A DNA stretch of 64,000 bases from Octopus sinensis (GCF_006345805.1 NC_043011.1:26176464-26240463), one strand, 5' to 3'. Positions 50,301-63,165 are shown, counted from the first letter of the stretch. Made by a program: numbers and translations. Notes: generated from the letters alone by a model not told the origin.

Positions 50301-51498
50301 GCAAAGTCAGGTCTATAGTACATGCTTTAATGCATTAAAACTAGTTTTTCTGATCATGTGCTGCTTTAATTGGGGTGCATTAGATATACCCATTGCATAT
50401 TTTATAAATACATTAGTTGTCTCTCTAGTAGATACTACTAACAAGAAACTAAGACCAATTTCTTTCTCAATTCCTGCACCCAAACTTGACACAAGGGTAT
50501 TTGTGTCTTGAGCAAATGTCCCAGGTATTGATGATCTCTGGACATTTGCTGTACTGTATGTAACTATTACCTGAAAAAGTAGCAAAAAAAATATTCTGTT
50601 ACATCATCATCATCATTCATCTTTTTTAATATCCATTTTTTGATGGTTGCATGATTTGGATGGAGTTTATTTGAGGCAGATTTTCTCTGGCCAGATGTCC
50701 TTTTTTTGTTTCCAACCCTTACCTGTTTCCAACCAGGATAATATTTCTCCATTGTCAGACATGTTTTTGCAGAATATTAGAAATGACTGACATTCCTTTA
50801 CAACCATCATGTTATATTAAAACAAGGAGAGAGAGACACACGCACACATGTACCACTCTTTCTCTCTCTTGGCTACTTTCAGTTTCTCTTTACCAAATCC
50901 ATTCAAGGCTTTGGTTGGCCCATGGCCATAATAGAAGATACTTGTCCAGTGGGACTGAACCCAAAACCATGTGGTTGGGAGGCAAACTTTCTAGCCACAG
51001 AGTCATGCCTGCATCTGCAATACTTATGCCATGAATTCATTGCATGCTTTGAAGTTGAATTTGTTGGCCAACCAAGTGTTACAAGTGCATTCAGAATTTC
51101 AGCAACATTTTCCATTGCATCTTGGAATGTCCATAACTGAACAACAAACTACTTGTCTAGAACTGACGTCAGTTTAGAGCAATGGTGTCATGGTATCCAA
51201 AATTCATTTAAGCTTCTTATGAAGGGTGACCCACAATTGGCATACCTGTGTTCCAAATGACTAGGATACTAAAAAAGAAACACTGATGCAATTGTCTAGA
51301 ACTCAACCTTTACAATCACCCTCAAATTACTTTATTTCTGTTTGCATACGTTGCGTGTGAGTGTGACAGATGAAGAAATTGATTTATGTACTTTTATTTA
51401 GTTACATGTCTATAATTTTATATTGTAAAACATTTTTACATTCAGAAAAAAATGTATCTGAATGATTATGGTGGTAATGTCTTCCTTAACTATCTTAC
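43600..51498 (+). other. U12-type (minor spliceosome) AT-AC intron, 7899 bp
   Basis: 5' site ATATCCTTT at 43600; branch site TTCCTTAAC at 51482-51490; AC at 51497-51498; removal gives an in-frame FLGKTMGYEMFLK. Confidence 0.93.
45038..45256. mobile_element. piggyBac-type MITE (second family)
   Basis: TTAA-ACCTTTCGTTAC ... GTAGCGAAAGGG-TTAA; related to 53188-53328. Confidence 0.75.
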
Positions 51499-51568
51499 AA
51501 AAACCATGGGTTATGAAATGTTCTTGAAGGCAATAAACAATTGCTGGCAGGACCATTGTCGGCAGATG
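51499..51568 (+). CDS. CUL4: Cullin-4 coding exon 3 (KTMGYEMFLKAINNCWQDHCRQM)
   Basis: CWQDHCRQM motif; U12 acceptor upstream and GTAAGT donor; absent from the ORF track. Confidence 0.93.
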
Positions 51569-52605
51569 GTAAGTAAACTTGTGAAATGTAGTCTTGTATT
51601 TTCTTTTTAACTTACATCTGAAGTGTTTATTTTATGAATTCATAACTGTTTGGATTATTGATATTTACACTATATTTTGATCAGTTTGATTTTCAGTCGT
51701 CATATATTTTATTCCATAACAATAAACATTTTTATCTTTTGTTTAAGAAATAAGGATCCCTGTCCTAATCCAATGTGGTACTGTACAAACATCCAGGAAT
51801 AAAACTCTAATTACAATTTGTGAACAAAACCTAGAAAAAGTCCACCTTAAAAATAAGTTGTGAATGATTCCAAAAATTGTAACCTTTATTTTTAGTTAGT
51901 TGTTAAATAACTCAAACTTTCAGGAAAACCATAAGCAGTTCTAACTTAAATCTCCTACCTCTTATTACTCTGCATATAACCCTACCCTAATCAGGAACAT
52001 TCTGTTGTGTTATATGGATCAGTCCCTTCACTAAGTTATCTAGAATTAGGAACTGAGAAAATGCCACTTCAGTTTTCAGCAAACCATGATGGTTGAGCTG
52101 ACTAAATCAGCTTAAATTATCATTTTAATCTGCATAAACTTTTGAATGTACCTTAGAATTTGTCACTCTGTGAGCAGGACTTATTCTGTTGTCACTCAGT
52201 CTTTTAATCAAGACAGTTATATATTTCTTGTATACAGTGTTGACAAAGAGAAACTTTAAACTTCTGCCTTTCTTACTCCACAAATGATCTAATAAATCTG
52301 GGAGTTCAGTGTCAGTTAATAGGCATTTTTCCTCATTTAATAAACTATTTTGCATGTAATAGAAGGTTGTGTGTGTATTTATATATACCACACACAATGA
52401 AATATATCACACATTCACATATTGGAATAGATGTACAAATGAAAGAAAAGTGTTGTGGTTTGGCTTAAAAAGAACTAGGGCCAATTTGTTTGACTACAAT
52501 TCTTTGAGGCAGTGCCCCAGCATGGCTACAATGTAAAGACTGAAACAAGATGTGTGTGTATGTATATATATATATAATATATATATATATAGGTATAGGT
52601 ATATA

Positions 52606-52818
52606 AGGTATATATTAAACAAAGTATGCATTATAGATCCATTTCACCCTATCTTACCAGTTAGTTTCACCCTGGATATTAAATAAATAGATTAATATCC
52701 AGTTATTTAATACTCAGTGTGTTATCTAATAAATAGTTATTTAATGCTCAGTGTGAAACTTATTGCTAAGATTGGCTGAAATGGATCTGTAATACTGTAT
52801 AGTTTGATTAATATACCT
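52606..52818. repeat. Imperfect fold-back inverted repeat next to (TA)n
   Basis: ATAGATCCATTTCACCCTATCTTACCAGTTAGTTTCAC pairs with GTGAAACTTATTGCTAAGATTGGCTGAAATGGATCTGT. Confidence 0.75.
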
Positions 52819-53104
52819 GTTCAAATGTACAAGTGCATATTTTTTTCTGACTTAGGGATTCTTTAACAATGTATTCTTTAAGACCAAATCTTCTGCTCTG
52901 TACAAAAAGTAGTAGAGTGATAGATTAGTTCATCATCTTATAAGGATTAAAACCAATATTTGATCAGTTTGAATGTATGTCTGTTAAAACCTAATTTTTA
53001 AGAATATTCCCTCTTGGGTTCTTTTTTCTTTTCTTTATGAACAGTTTCACACAATTTTTCATCTTGGATGGAGTTTGGAATTTATTAATATTCTTTATTT
53101 TCAG

Positions 53105-53178
53105 ATCATGATCCGAAGTATTTTCTTGTTCTTAGACCGAACCTATGTGTTACAAAACTCCGCTGTACTTTCTATATG
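53105..53178 (+). CDS. CUL4: Cullin-4 coding exon 4 (IMIRSIFLFLDRTYVLQNSAVLSIW)
   Basis: AG and GTGAGT boundaries; IRSIFLFLDRTYV is a conserved CUL4 motif. Confidence 0.96.
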
Positions 53179-53187
53179 GTGAGTTAA

Positions 53188-53328
53188 CCCTTTTGTTACT
53201 ATATTTCAAATCACTGGTTTCATAAAACAACTCTAACTTTTACGTTATTTTGTCTGTTTTCAACAAGGCTGGTAACATAAACCAGAAAATTTCTCTGCTG
53301 GCTGCAGCTGGTTTTAGTAATGAAAGGG
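53188..53328. mobile_element. piggyBac-type MITE abutting the exon 4 donor
   Basis: TTAA|CCCTTTTGTTACT ... AGTAATGAAAGGG|TTAA. Confidence 0.8.
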
Positions 53329-54199
53329 TTAAACAGTTTGTAGTTTTTAAAGAAAGAGTTAGTTTTTGTGGGGATTTTTTATCCTCTTTACATGCTTTTT
53401 GTCTTAAGAGCAATGAGTTTCTTAAATAAGAAAATCTGAAAAATTGAACTTCTTTTTGTTCTCACATTGATGACAGATATTGTATGGGTATTAAAATGGG
53501 AGGGCATGGAGCAGTTAAGTCTAGCAAGGTTTGATCAGATGAATATTTAACCTTTTAGCATTCGGATTCCCCTGTCAAATGTAATGTTTATTTATTTACA
53601 TTGGTTTAGAATTTATCATACATTATCTCGTAGCTTTGAGATTTTGATGATGATGACATTGTAGGGTAGGTGTGCAAGACCTGATCTAGTCATTTAAAAC
53701 ACAAAACAGGTAGAATATTTGGGCCTGATATGGCCAGTTTGAATACTAGAGGGTTAAGTGTCAGTGTTGTGTTCAGGTAATTATAGCTACAGATCTTGTG
53801 TGCTTGTTAAAAATGGTGGGCATGGTGACAACAACTGAGGAACCTTCTTGGTAATTACTCAATAGCAGTCAAATCTCTTTCAAACCATTCCCTAACATCT
53901 TAAGTAGTGTTTGGATACATTGGATAATGCAATTTCAGATACACTGAAAAGAGAGAAAAAAGATAGTGTAAAGGTGTGGCTCTGTAGTTAAGAAGCTTGC
54001 TTTAAGTAGTGGAATCTGCTCTATTGCGAACACATGGACCAAGTCTCTGGGTCTGATGATAACTTGACATCTTGATGAACTTCTTACTACAGCCTCTACC
54101 TTTTGATCTGCTAGAAATAACTAATAAATCTTACTTGAATTTCACTTTGCTACCCTAAAGAAAGGATATAGTCTTAGCTATCATCATCGGTATCAACTC

Positions 54200-54780
54200 T
54201 TATCCAAGTAGCAGATCTATAGCTAGTGATCGAGCCTTTTCATTTTGATGGGTGTGAAGGGTGCTGGTGTCTCAGGTGGCTGTTCAGGCCAAGGGTGGTA
54301 TAGAAAAGCTGAGGGCGTTTATCAGGAGAGTTGATGGGAACAGGTGAGGAAGTGCAAGTTGCTCTTTGCATCTTTGACACCTGATCTCTGCTTCTTGACA
54401 TTTGTTATTTTCCATCAGGTCTGTTCCCTCAGTAATAACATGCCACCACTTTGGGCAGTCCTTGGTTATTGTCTCTCGGGTAATTTAGGTCGATAGAGCA
54501 GTGGGAGTTAGTGACCTTTAGCTGGTCTTGGAAACAGTATTTGGGGGCATTATGTGGTCTGGTGCCTGAAGCCTAAACTCCACAAAGAGGAATTGATGGT
54601 TGAGGCACATTTGAGGCATACATATGATGTGCCCTGACCATTGGAGGTGGTGGTGTGCCATCGTGGTTTCAATGCTAGGTAGCCCAGACTGGAGCAGAAC
54701 CTCTTCATTGGTAATGTAGTCCCTCCTTTGAATCCTCATGATTGAGCAAAGTTGGTGCTGTTGGAAATGTTTGATTTTCT
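54200..54780 (-). mobile_element. 3' fragment of an RTE-like LINE
   Basis: RIQRRDYITNEEVL...SIETTMAHHHLQWSGHIICMP. Confidence 0.75.
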
Positions 54781-55313
54781 TTGGTTATGGGTAGAACACT
54801 TTTGATCACAGCTAGCCTTACTCTATAAAGGATAACTTTGGGCTTAAACAACAACAATTCAAGATGTGGTTTCTTCCTCCTTTTTGCTTCACTAGTCTTG
54901 GAGGATGAACAGAATGTTATGAATACTGCCCATCTTGTTATTCAACACCCTTCCTCCAATGTCTTGTCATTTGTGGTTATATAATATTGTCTATATGTAG
55001 TCCAGAAAATACAATTGAGGTTGAAATTGAGTTTAACCATTTAGCATTCAGATGACTTTATCAAATATAATACTTATTTTTTTGCATTGTTTTGAATTAA
55101 TCACGCATTATCTTGTAGCTTCAAGATTTCAACGATGTGTTTGTATATTTTTAGAATGACATTATAGGGTAAGTATGAGAGGTTGGATCTGGTCACTTTT
55201 ATCATAGAACAGGTAAAATATTTGGACCAGATATCTGTTGTAGGTATGATTATCTCTACCAGTGACACAGGTGAATTCAAACAAAGTCATTTGTATAATT
55301 TTCTGCTTTTTAG

Positions 55314-55476
55314 GGACATGGGTTTGGATCTGTTTAGGACACATATCATTAGTCACCAAGTTGTCCAGGCAAAGACAGTTAGTGGTCTACTCCAGCTGAT
55401 CGAACGAGAACGAGCTGGTGAGGCTGTGGACAGACAACTACTGAAAAGCTTATTGAGAATGCTCTCTGATCTACAG
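55314..55476 (+). CDS. CUL4: Cullin-4 coding exon 5 ([54 protein letters not shown])
   Basis: TTTTAG and GTGAGT boundaries; phase consistent; strong CUL4 similarity. Confidence 0.96.
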
Positions 55477-55686
55477 GTGAGTTCTGTATCTGATGCATAT
55501 TTCTCATCACACATAACACCTGAAACAGAACACACAAGTCAATAGACAATTAACAATTTCCTTGTAGATTTGATGACGTGTTTTTAACATAGTATCTGTC
55601 TCGCTCTGGTGTATCTCCATCTCCAGTATATGATTACCATATTATTTTTGTATTTCTACCCTACTTTCTCTCTTTCCATGTTTTGT

Positions 55687-55721
55687 CTATATCTATATAT
55701 CTATCTATCTATATATATCTA

Positions 55722-55809
<88 letters not shown>

Positions 55810-55850
55810 TGTGTGTGTGTGTGTGTCTGCTTATCTCTCTCTCTCTTTTC
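55687..55850. repeat. Compound (TCTA)/(TA)/(TG)/(TC) microsatellite
   Basis: Direct inspection. Confidence 0.9.
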
Positions 55851-56187
55851 CTATCTCTTATAACTCATTTTATGGCTGTCTATATCTCTGTATGCCTGTG
55901 TCTTTCTGTCATGTCTTATTCCATTATATCTATATCCACACTTGTCAACTTGTCTCTATGTCTATTTCTGTGTTTACCCTGTGTATTTCTCTCATATTTA
56001 GAGGCATTCCTCAAAATTATCTATTGAAATTTTGTACTCCTCAAATTTACAAGTTTGAGATATATGAAAATCAAATATGTTAATCTTTAAAACTGCTTGT
56101 GTGTGTGTGTGTGTGTGTGTTTGTTTGTTGTTTTTTTTTTTTTTATATATATATATTATATTATATATGGACTTTTTCCCATTTCAG

Positions 56188-56277
56188 ATTTATCAAGAAG
56201 CATTTGAAAAGAAATTTCTTGAAGCCACAGATCAGTTATATGCCGCTGAAGGTCATCTTCTCATGCAAGAGAGAGAT
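56188..56277 (+). CDS. CUL4: Cullin-4 coding exon 6 ([30 protein letters not shown])
   Basis: TTTCAG and GTAAGT boundaries; LYAAEG motif. Confidence 0.96.
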
Positions 56278-56308
56278 GTAAGTTAAAGTGATCACTATGA
56301 AATAGTGT

Positions 56309-56339
<31 letters not shown>

Positions 56340-57938
56340 TATTTGTAGTAAAAACTGATCCCGTGTAAAAATCAAATCTGTTTTGGGCTTAAAAGTCGGG
56401 TCTCTGTCTTTCATTGTCACATTGAGTTTTAGTTGAGTATTGTTGTAAAAGGTTGTTATATAACTGACCTCCCAAATATATTGACATAATTGTGGTTCAT
56501 CAGTGCTTCTACAATTTTGAGAATATTTGAAATTCTTATACATTTCTGTGTATATGAAGATAACTAATTGGCTTAATGTTTTCTGACATAAGCATAAGGC
56601 CACAAATTTTCTGACATAAGCAAAAACCAACTCCCGGTTGGTTTTTGTCTTTCATTTAATCAACCCGAAGAGTTGTTGGACAAAGTTAACTTCAGCTGGT
56701 TAGCATAATAATGCCAGAGTGGGTGTATAAATTTTATACAACCTTATTTCATTCTACACAAGTTGACCAAACTGTCCCTTATATTCCATCTACAACATAC
56801 CTTGACTGCCTGACTAATTGCTGCAATACACATCACCCCCACAATATTCCCCAATATCTTCACTCTACTCTTTTACCACATCATATTGATTAGCACACTA
56901 CACTCAACACAAACTGGCTATTAAACCTCATTACATTTCAGACATGCCAGCTACCGCATGCCATGTGTTCTGATTAACTTCCCTTTTATTCCTCATCGGT
57001 GCTGGTGCCATGTAAAGTGGCTGGCATTAAGAAAGGGCGTCCAACTGTAAGAACCATGCCAAAATAGACCTTGCCAGTCCTGGTTCTACATAAAAAGCAC
57101 CCAGGCCGCTCTATAAAGTGGTCGGCATTGAGAAAAACCTGTAAAAACCATGCCACAGCAGACCTTGCCAGTGCTGGTGCCATTCAGTCTACTATGTAAG
57201 GTGACTGGTGTTAGGAAGAGCATCCAGTCATAAAAACCATGCCAAAACACTTGAATTACAATGCGGGTCACTTTAATCACAGAAAGTTTTTTGAGGGCTG
57301 CTAGTATGCTGACAGAATTGAAAGCATTTTGCTTTCTCGTGCTATTATTACAATAATGAATGAATGATTGTTGCAGAAACAGTAGTATCTTTTTTTTTTT
57401 AATTTTTGATAAAATTTTGAAAATGCTCATTTAAATAAACCCATTGCAAGAAAGTATCAAGTGAGCCGCAAGATGAAATTCTGCAGCCTGCAGGTCTCAA
57501 GTTGGCCAGCCCTGGTCTAACTCATGCCAGCATGGAAAACGGACATTAAATAATAATGATGATAGTCCACTCATTCTATCTGCTACATTACACTCTACAC
57601 TACATTCTCTGACTACTACATTACACTCCATACCAAGTTATATATTTTAACAGCCATACTACATTACACTACTCACCACTTCACATATTATGTTCCTCCC
57701 ACAAGCATATCCTGACTACCATACTGAATTTCACTAGTATATGTAACATAATTCCAGACCAATATAAAGAATCATGACATATTTGGTTTGCTAAGTCTGT
57801 TGTTCACAATCAATTTATTTATCCCTTTGTTGTATGCTTGCTCCAAAATAGCTTACCAAAGCTACTGAACAGCAACCCCAAGGATGGTGATGTTAATAAC
57901 AAATCTTAATTTCTCTGTCTCCTGTTTTTTTACTCTAG

Positions 57939-58021
57939 GTCCCTGAATACTTGGCTCATGTAGATAAACGTTTGAATGAGGAATCTGAGCGTCTGCTGCA
58001 TTACCTAGACCAGTCCACCAA
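57939..58021 (+). CDS. CUL4: Cullin-4 coding exon 7 ([27 protein letters not shown])
   Basis: CTCTAG and GTATGT boundaries; VPEYL..V.KRL.EE motif. Confidence 0.95.
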
Positions 58022-58607
58022 GTATGTACTCTTTCCACTTTGATTTTGTTAACATTCATTGGTTATTGTATTTGAATTGTACTGTTAGTAATTTCTGCTT
58101 ATTCATGTCTGGTAAGTTTGCTATTATCAATTCACTGCGAGGAAAGTTCACTGTTTTTTTTTCCAATAAAATAGTTTTTAAGTATTAACGATGAGATACT
58201 ATGGATATATTTTCTCGGTGAACTTTCTTCATGGTGAATTGATGGCAGTTCATGTCTTTTAATTTGTGCCTGGATACCAAGTGTTATTTGGTTGGTTTGG
58301 CCATGACCATCTAAACATAGCCATGTCATGAGTCAGCAGAAATCATCTTAGTCTCTGGTTGGACAGCAAGTACTGTTTGGTTAGTTCAATCTTATTCATG
58401 CTGTCCGTGGTTCAGCAGAGATTGTTATGCAATATGTGGTTAGATACCAAGTGTTTTGTTGATTCAGCCATGACATAAATTAGATCAGTGTTAGGATTAG
58501 TTAACTGATTAGCTCACCATCAGACACTATATAACAAAAGAAATGATTAAATGTAGGAGTTTGTTAATTTCTAGACTATTAACTGCTTTACTGTGCGTGT
58601 GTGCGTG

Positions 58608-58645
<38 letters not shown>

Positions 58646-59543
58646 GTATACACACATACAAAATTTTTTTATTTGCTCTTCAATTGTCATCAGGTGTCTT
58701 AATCATTCATGTGTAAAATAAGAGCAAGCATGGTTGGGTGATTAAAAAGATTGCTTCCCAGACATTTGGTCTTGGATTCAATCCCACTTTGTAGCTCCTT
58801 GTGCAAGTGCCTTCTGCTATAGCTTCAGGCTGACCAAAGCTTTGTAAGTGGATTTGGTAGATGGAGGCTGAAAGAATCTCATCATATGTATTTGTATGTA
58901 CCCTTATCTATACATCATGTGATGTTGTAAATGAGCATCACTGTCATACAAGTGAGGTTGTTTGTTTCTAGTCTTCCTTGAATAACATGTCTGGCTATGG
59001 ATAAACATTACCTTACCTGGAAACAAGTACGAGTTGGTAACAGCAAGGGCTGTAGAAAATCTGCCTCAACAAATCCTGTCTGTTCCATGCAAACATTGGA
59101 AAGGATGTGTTAAATAATAATGATGATAATGTACTGAGTCCCAAACTAAATTCAGGATTTGTTCCATAAATATTAAAAATATACATTTCAGGAAGTAGTC
59201 CATGAATATTGCAAAAACACACTGATGGAAATAGTTACATAAATGTTGGAAGTACACTCTACAGACAGAGTTAATTGTCCAAAAAGTTATAATCTTAGAA
59301 GTGATATTTTGTGAGGAGAAAGATCACCAAGCCATAAAGTTTCAGTAAATCTGACAATGCCAAATTTCATTAAGTCATCAAGTATTCCCAAGTATGGTTT
59401 TGTTGGGGCAACAACAAATAACAAGTCCATCCATCTTTAATTCATGCTTTTTTAAAATTTTATGTTTTGTAGTAAAACATATGTATTAACATATTTTGGT
59501 TGTTGTTTCTTCAGTTCATGTTACATTGTATTTTCTGCTGCAG

Positions 59544-59611
59544 AAAGCCACTGATATCTTGTGTTGAGAAGCAACTTCTTGAACAACACCTATCTTTGAT
59601 GTTACAAAAAG
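59544..59611 (+). CDS. CUL4: Cullin-4 coding exon 8 (KPLISCVEKQLLEQHLSLMLQK)
   Basis: CTGCAG and GTAAGC boundaries; VEKQLL..HL motif. Confidence 0.95.
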
Positions 59612-60286
59612 GTAAGCATTTAAAATCTCCTTCCCCTTACTATTTTTGAAGAATAAAATAGGAAAAGAGATTTTAAAAAAGACCCGGGACAAGTAAAATA
59701 GTTCCTTTTTATTAACGAGATTAAACAAAATCACAATATTATTTTAGACAAAAGTGTTTCAGACATTTTATTCATTTTTCCCATTTCTTCAAAGCAGCCA
59801 GTATTTACCATTCTACTTGTGAAACATCTCCCAAAGTAGCTGTTACAGCATCAGTTGAAGGAGAATTCTTCCTGCCTATCGTGTATAATTTTAAAGTAAA
59901 TTCATCTCATTGACATTTATTTTCAATTGTAAATGTGAAATAGAATCATTTAGTTAAATCTTTAGCATCCTGAGAGATGATGAAGTCTGTTGTTATTCAG
60001 GATCATCTGTCTTTAATCTTCTATGTAAGCGCCGATTTCCCTCTTAGTGTGGTGCATTGTCTTTGTTTAATATTCTGTAGGTCTGTCATGTTTGTTATAA
60101 ATCTTAATGTTTGTGCATCATTTATTTGTAGTTGTACCTAATGTTTCCTTTCTGTATGTTTCCTTTCATTTGATTTTGTTGCTATTAAGAGGAAAACAAC
60201 AGATATTCAGCAGTTAAAGCAAACATGTTAGTTGTATCACTAAGGATTATGCTTTGATTGGGTTTTATTTTCTTCCATTTAATCAG

Positions 60287-60405
60287 GTCTTGAACATCTG
60301 TTGAATGAAAACCGGATTTCGGATTTAACTTTAATGTATCAGCTATTTTCTCGTGTCAAGGAAGGATTAAAAGAACTGTGTTATGCCTTTGCTATTTACA
60401 TTAAG
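60287..60405 (+). CDS. CUL4: Cullin-4 coding exon 9 (GLEHLLNENRISDLTLMYQLFSRVKEGLKELCYAFAIYIK)
   Basis: ATCAG and GTGAGA boundaries; YQLFSRV motif. Confidence 0.95.
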
Positions 60406-60959
60406 GTGAGAATTTTGTCTCTATGGGTGTGTATGTCCATTTATATGTAATATATTTACTTCCTCATTGTTGAGGAGAGCCCTCTTCTTGATACTTAATC
60501 TATTGCTCCTTTGTGTTCAGCCATGATAACCAGTGAGACCAACCTCTTGTGGGTTCACTCTATGACTTGTTGAAGTTAAGAATACAATATTTCCTGTTTG
60601 TAATGACATATGTGACAATGGTCTGCTTCTCTCCATTGCAGACTGAGCAGTTCTGTGTAACAGTTGTCTTCAGTTCCTAATATACTGCACACCCCATATC
60701 TTGATATCCACATAATTAAACATAACCTACACAATTAAACATATCAGAATGGAATGCATTTGTACTCCTATCACATAGCATCTTGTGCAAATGTATTATG
60801 TAATTCAAAGCAAAGTTTGACTCCGACGCCTTGTTGACTGGAGCTATTCAATAACAAAATTGACTTCAACATATCATAGTGAAGTTATTATGAAGCCTAT
60901 TAATTGAAAGCTTGGAAAGATTTAAGATATTAATTAATGTTTTTAAGATGTTTACTAAT

Positions 60960-61390
60960 AATCTCTCTGTCCATTGATCTATCTGTTCTTTCTGTCAATC
61001 TTTCTATTTGTTAGTCTGTATCATTTTATCTATTAGTCTCTCTCTCTCTCTTTTCCTTCCTTCCTTTGTCTCTCACTCCAATAGCGTGTCTCTCTCTCTG
61101 TCATTCTATCTCTTGTTCTATTTGTTTATCTTTCTCTGTTCGGTCTGTTTGTTTCTCTTTGTTTGGAATCTGTCAGTCTTTCTGTCTATTTTTTCTGTGT
61201 TTATCTATTTCTGCATGTCATTTTCTCTCTCTCTCTGCATTTATTTTCTTCCTCTCTGGTTGGTATGCCTCCCTTGTGTATTCTTCTTCCTCTCTGTCTG
61301 CTTATTTGTCTTACTTTTTTCTCTCTCTCTTTCTCAGTCTCCTTTTTCTTCCCTCTCTCATTCACTCTTTGTGTCTTTCCGTTTCTAATA
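60960..61390. repeat. Degenerate pyrimidine-rich (CT/CTGT) low-complexity tract
   Basis: Direct inspection; source of several spurious ORFs. Confidence 0.8.
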
Positions 61391-62215
61391 TCTACATAAC
61401 TAATATATTTCACATCAATGTAGCTTTCAGCTAGAATTCTTTTGTCCGTTCTTTTTGTACCAAGCATTGAGCTTTTACATAGAGCTATAGAGGTATTTGA
61501 TGGGCAGGAGTTGAAGTCACTCTGCAGGCACATTTCATGAGCAGTGGAAGCTTCTATGTAGTTGATTGATCTGCTAGAAATACACCTCATTATCTTAAGA
61601 AAAGAAGAACACATTGGGATAATGTAAGCTTTTGACAAATTACATCTGAAAAAGAAAGATCAGTGCTATCTGCTATAATGCCTCTCATGATAGGTCTGCT
61701 CAGTTGGAGCTAAATTGGACTAAACAACAGCAGCAACTTACTTTTTTTAAAACTGGTCATCACAGGTTGGGTAGTGGTGACCACATTCAACTGATTCAAT
61801 GGAGTATGAGGTTACCAACCCTGGCGGAATTTAAACTAAGTATGACACTGATCGAGATTATATATGGCATATTGCATAGTTCATTACTCCTTTCTTCTTT
61901 TCACTAACTCCACACCTAACGTTATGGTATTGAATAATGGTAATAGAGAAAGAATGTCTATGGATTTTGTATGTTTCTTTTGATTCTATTGTAAAAAAAA
62001 GACCCCTCCCCACCCATCTTTGTAGGAACCACTGTTAGAAACCTTTATCTTCCTTTCTATTGAAATACGAGCCTTCACTTTATTTGAATGTTTCTTGTGT
62101 ACAGAAAGATTGTACTGCACTAAGCAGTAAACCTTTCAGTGTAATTTGATATAATGTCTATAGATATGGAGAAAGATTAATATGAATGTATCTTCGCTAT
62201 TTTTATTTGTTATAG

Positions 62216-62291
62216 GGAACTGGCAGATTGATTGTGATGAATACAGAAAATGACCCTGAAAAGGATAAGGAGCTAGTGCAAACTTTACTTG
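62216..62291 (+). CDS. CUL4: Cullin-4 coding exon 10 (GTGRLIVMNTENDPEKDKELVQTLL)
   Basis: TTATAG and GTAAGT boundaries; PEKDK..VQ.LL motif. Confidence 0.94.
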
Positions 62292-62944
62292 GTAAGTGTT
62301 ATAATTGCAAGGTATGTTTGGAGTGGTAGTGGTTGTTTTTTGGCCCTAGATCAGCTTTGATCCATTAGATGTGTGATAAAGGTATTCCAGTCACAACCAT
62401 CCTGTATTTTTTTTTTAGACATAATGTATCTAGGGCTATATGTCTTAATGTGTAACTTGTGCTATTTTTAGTGGGACAAGTGAACACCTAGAAGCTTGTT
62501 AAATGTATAGAGTTGGTAACTTGATAGTTTGTGTCTGGCTGTTACGGTTTTTTGTTACATCTCCATGCTAGATACCTATCACTGTTATTTGTAATATTGT
62601 TGTGCTTGTCACAAGGTGTGTCGTGTTTGTGTTATGTATGCTTTAACTATTGAACAAAATCAGAGACCTACTCATAACCTTTAAATGAAACTGTATTGAA
62701 GATCAATAAATTTTTGCAGGAAATATGAAAAATTTATAAAATGTGGAATTTCCATATTTAATAATATTATAGCAGAATTGGTAAAATGTTGAATGAAAGG
62801 CTTTGCAATATTTGGTTATATTCTTCTACATTCTGAGTTCAAATCCCACTAGGTTTGATTTTGCTATTTATCCTTTTGGGATCAATTTAACTACTGCTCC
62901 CCTGGCCTTACAACTTCTGTTAGAAATCTATTATTTTAAGCTAA

Positions 62945-63165
62945 AGGCAGTGAACTGGCAGGATCATTAATGCATCGGGTAAAATCATTAGTGCTGTTTT
63001 TACTGGCTCTTTACCTTCTGAGTTCAAATTCTGCTGGGGTTGAGTTTGCGTTTCATCCTTTCAAATTCAATGAAATAAGTACCAGTTGAGCACTGGGGTT
63101 GATATAATCAACTAGCCCCTTCTTCTTTAAATTTACTGGTCTTGTGCCTAAATTTGAAACTGTTA
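62945..63165 (+). mobile_element. SINE family A copy (older)
   Basis: GGCAGTGAACTGGCAG head and TTTCATCCTTTC...AAGTACCAGTTGAGCACTGGGG core. Confidence 0.8.

Noticed and set aside
55183-55313. N-terminal part of the 120-aa ORF
   Set aside because: Intronic and partly MITE-derived; the exon starts at 55314
61008-61638. Hydrophobic or basic 120-145-aa ORFs
   Set aside because: Derived from a CT-rich low-complexity intronic tract
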